This document shows, in pieces, positions 31,849 through 32,000 of a stretch of 32,000 nucleotides of DNA. A model generated the notes under the pieces. The model searched no databases, had not been told where the DNA came from, and saw nothing but the letters and a program-made list of their open reading frames with translations. Position 1 is the stretch's first letter, and each line of letters begins with the position of its first letter. Made by a program: the position numbers and the translations under genes. The stretch is from assembly GCA_963699255.1 (NCBI GenBank), contig OY969425.1, positions 360,001 through 392,000 of the forward strand. Reading direction: 5' to 3'. The stretch comes from an uncultured bacterium (lineage in GTDB: Bacteria > Margulisbacteria > WOR-1 > CAVSGV01).

Positions 31849-32000
31849 TCAAGCATATTTATGCGATAATGCGCAAAGAATTCTTACATCTTATAAGGGA
31901 TCCCAGAAGCCTTGTAATATCCATCTTTTTACCTGTCATTCTTTTGTTCATTTACGGATATTCCGTCTCCTTTGACGTGAAGAACCTGCAAATGGCTGTA
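31845..32000 (+). CDS. ABC-2 permease (YbhS/YbhR-like), 5' fragment truncated by the window end
   Basis: There is an ATGA overlap with the upstream stop. The translation MIKHIYAIMRKEFLHLIRDPRSLVISIFLPVILLFIYGY is the typical N-terminus of ABC-2 membrane subunits. Confidence 0.8.
   Translation, partial: MIKHIYAIMRKEFLHLIRDPRSLVISIFLPVILLFIYGYSVSFDVKNLQMAV

Noticed and set aside
1-32000. I looked for CRISPR arrays, transposases, integrases, phage genes, restriction-modification or other defence cassettes, and toxin-antitoxin pairs.
   Set aside because: There are no regularly spaced direct repeats. No ORF carries DDE, tyrosine or serine recombinase, capsid, terminase, nuclease-helicase or methyltransferase motifs. 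Every ORF longer than 100 aa that is not antisense to a confident gene is accounted for in the feature list.

Overview
This 32-kb window comes from a compact, gene-dense bacterial genome. It is probably an uncultivated diderm, because it encodes a beta-barrel OMP ending in Phe, a TolC-family channel and a periplasmic adaptor. I call about 33 protein genes (the last is cut by the window end) and two tandem tRNA-Leu genes. Positions 187-18404 form one co-directional + strand block with many 1-30 nt start/stop overlaps.

Most of the content is housekeeping:
- DNA repair and replication: uvrB, dnaE, ogt.
- Cofactor and amino-acid synthesis: coaE, dapA, queH, nadB, hisI, hisF.
- Isoprenoid synthesis: ispA, dxs, ispE.
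- Fatty-acid initiation: accA, accD.
- Ribosomal protein: rpsT.

Accessory content is two ABC export systems. One is a DrrAB-like ATPase/permease pair. The other is a YbhGFSR-like tripartite operon of TolC, a small AbrB-fold protein, an HlyD adaptor, two ATPases and a permease. There are also several uncharacterised genes.

I found no CRISPR array, transposase, integrase, phage genes or recognisable defence cassette, so I do not claim a new multi-gene system. The observations most worth follow-up are:
1. A soluble histidine kinase whose whole sensor region is a GlgE-like GH13 domain with an apparently inactivated catalytic site.
2. A 69-bp GC-rich, palindrome-rich, in-frame insertion in dxs bounded by perfect 9-bp direct repeats, which resembles a miniature insertion element footprint.
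3. The efflux operon, which has an embedded AbrB-fold gene, operator-like repeats, and complementary degenerate motifs in its two ATPases.
4. An AT-rich orphan gene encoding four 32-aa repeats with its own promoter.

All homology statements come from motif recognition by eye. Composition statements are qualitative and nothing was computed.
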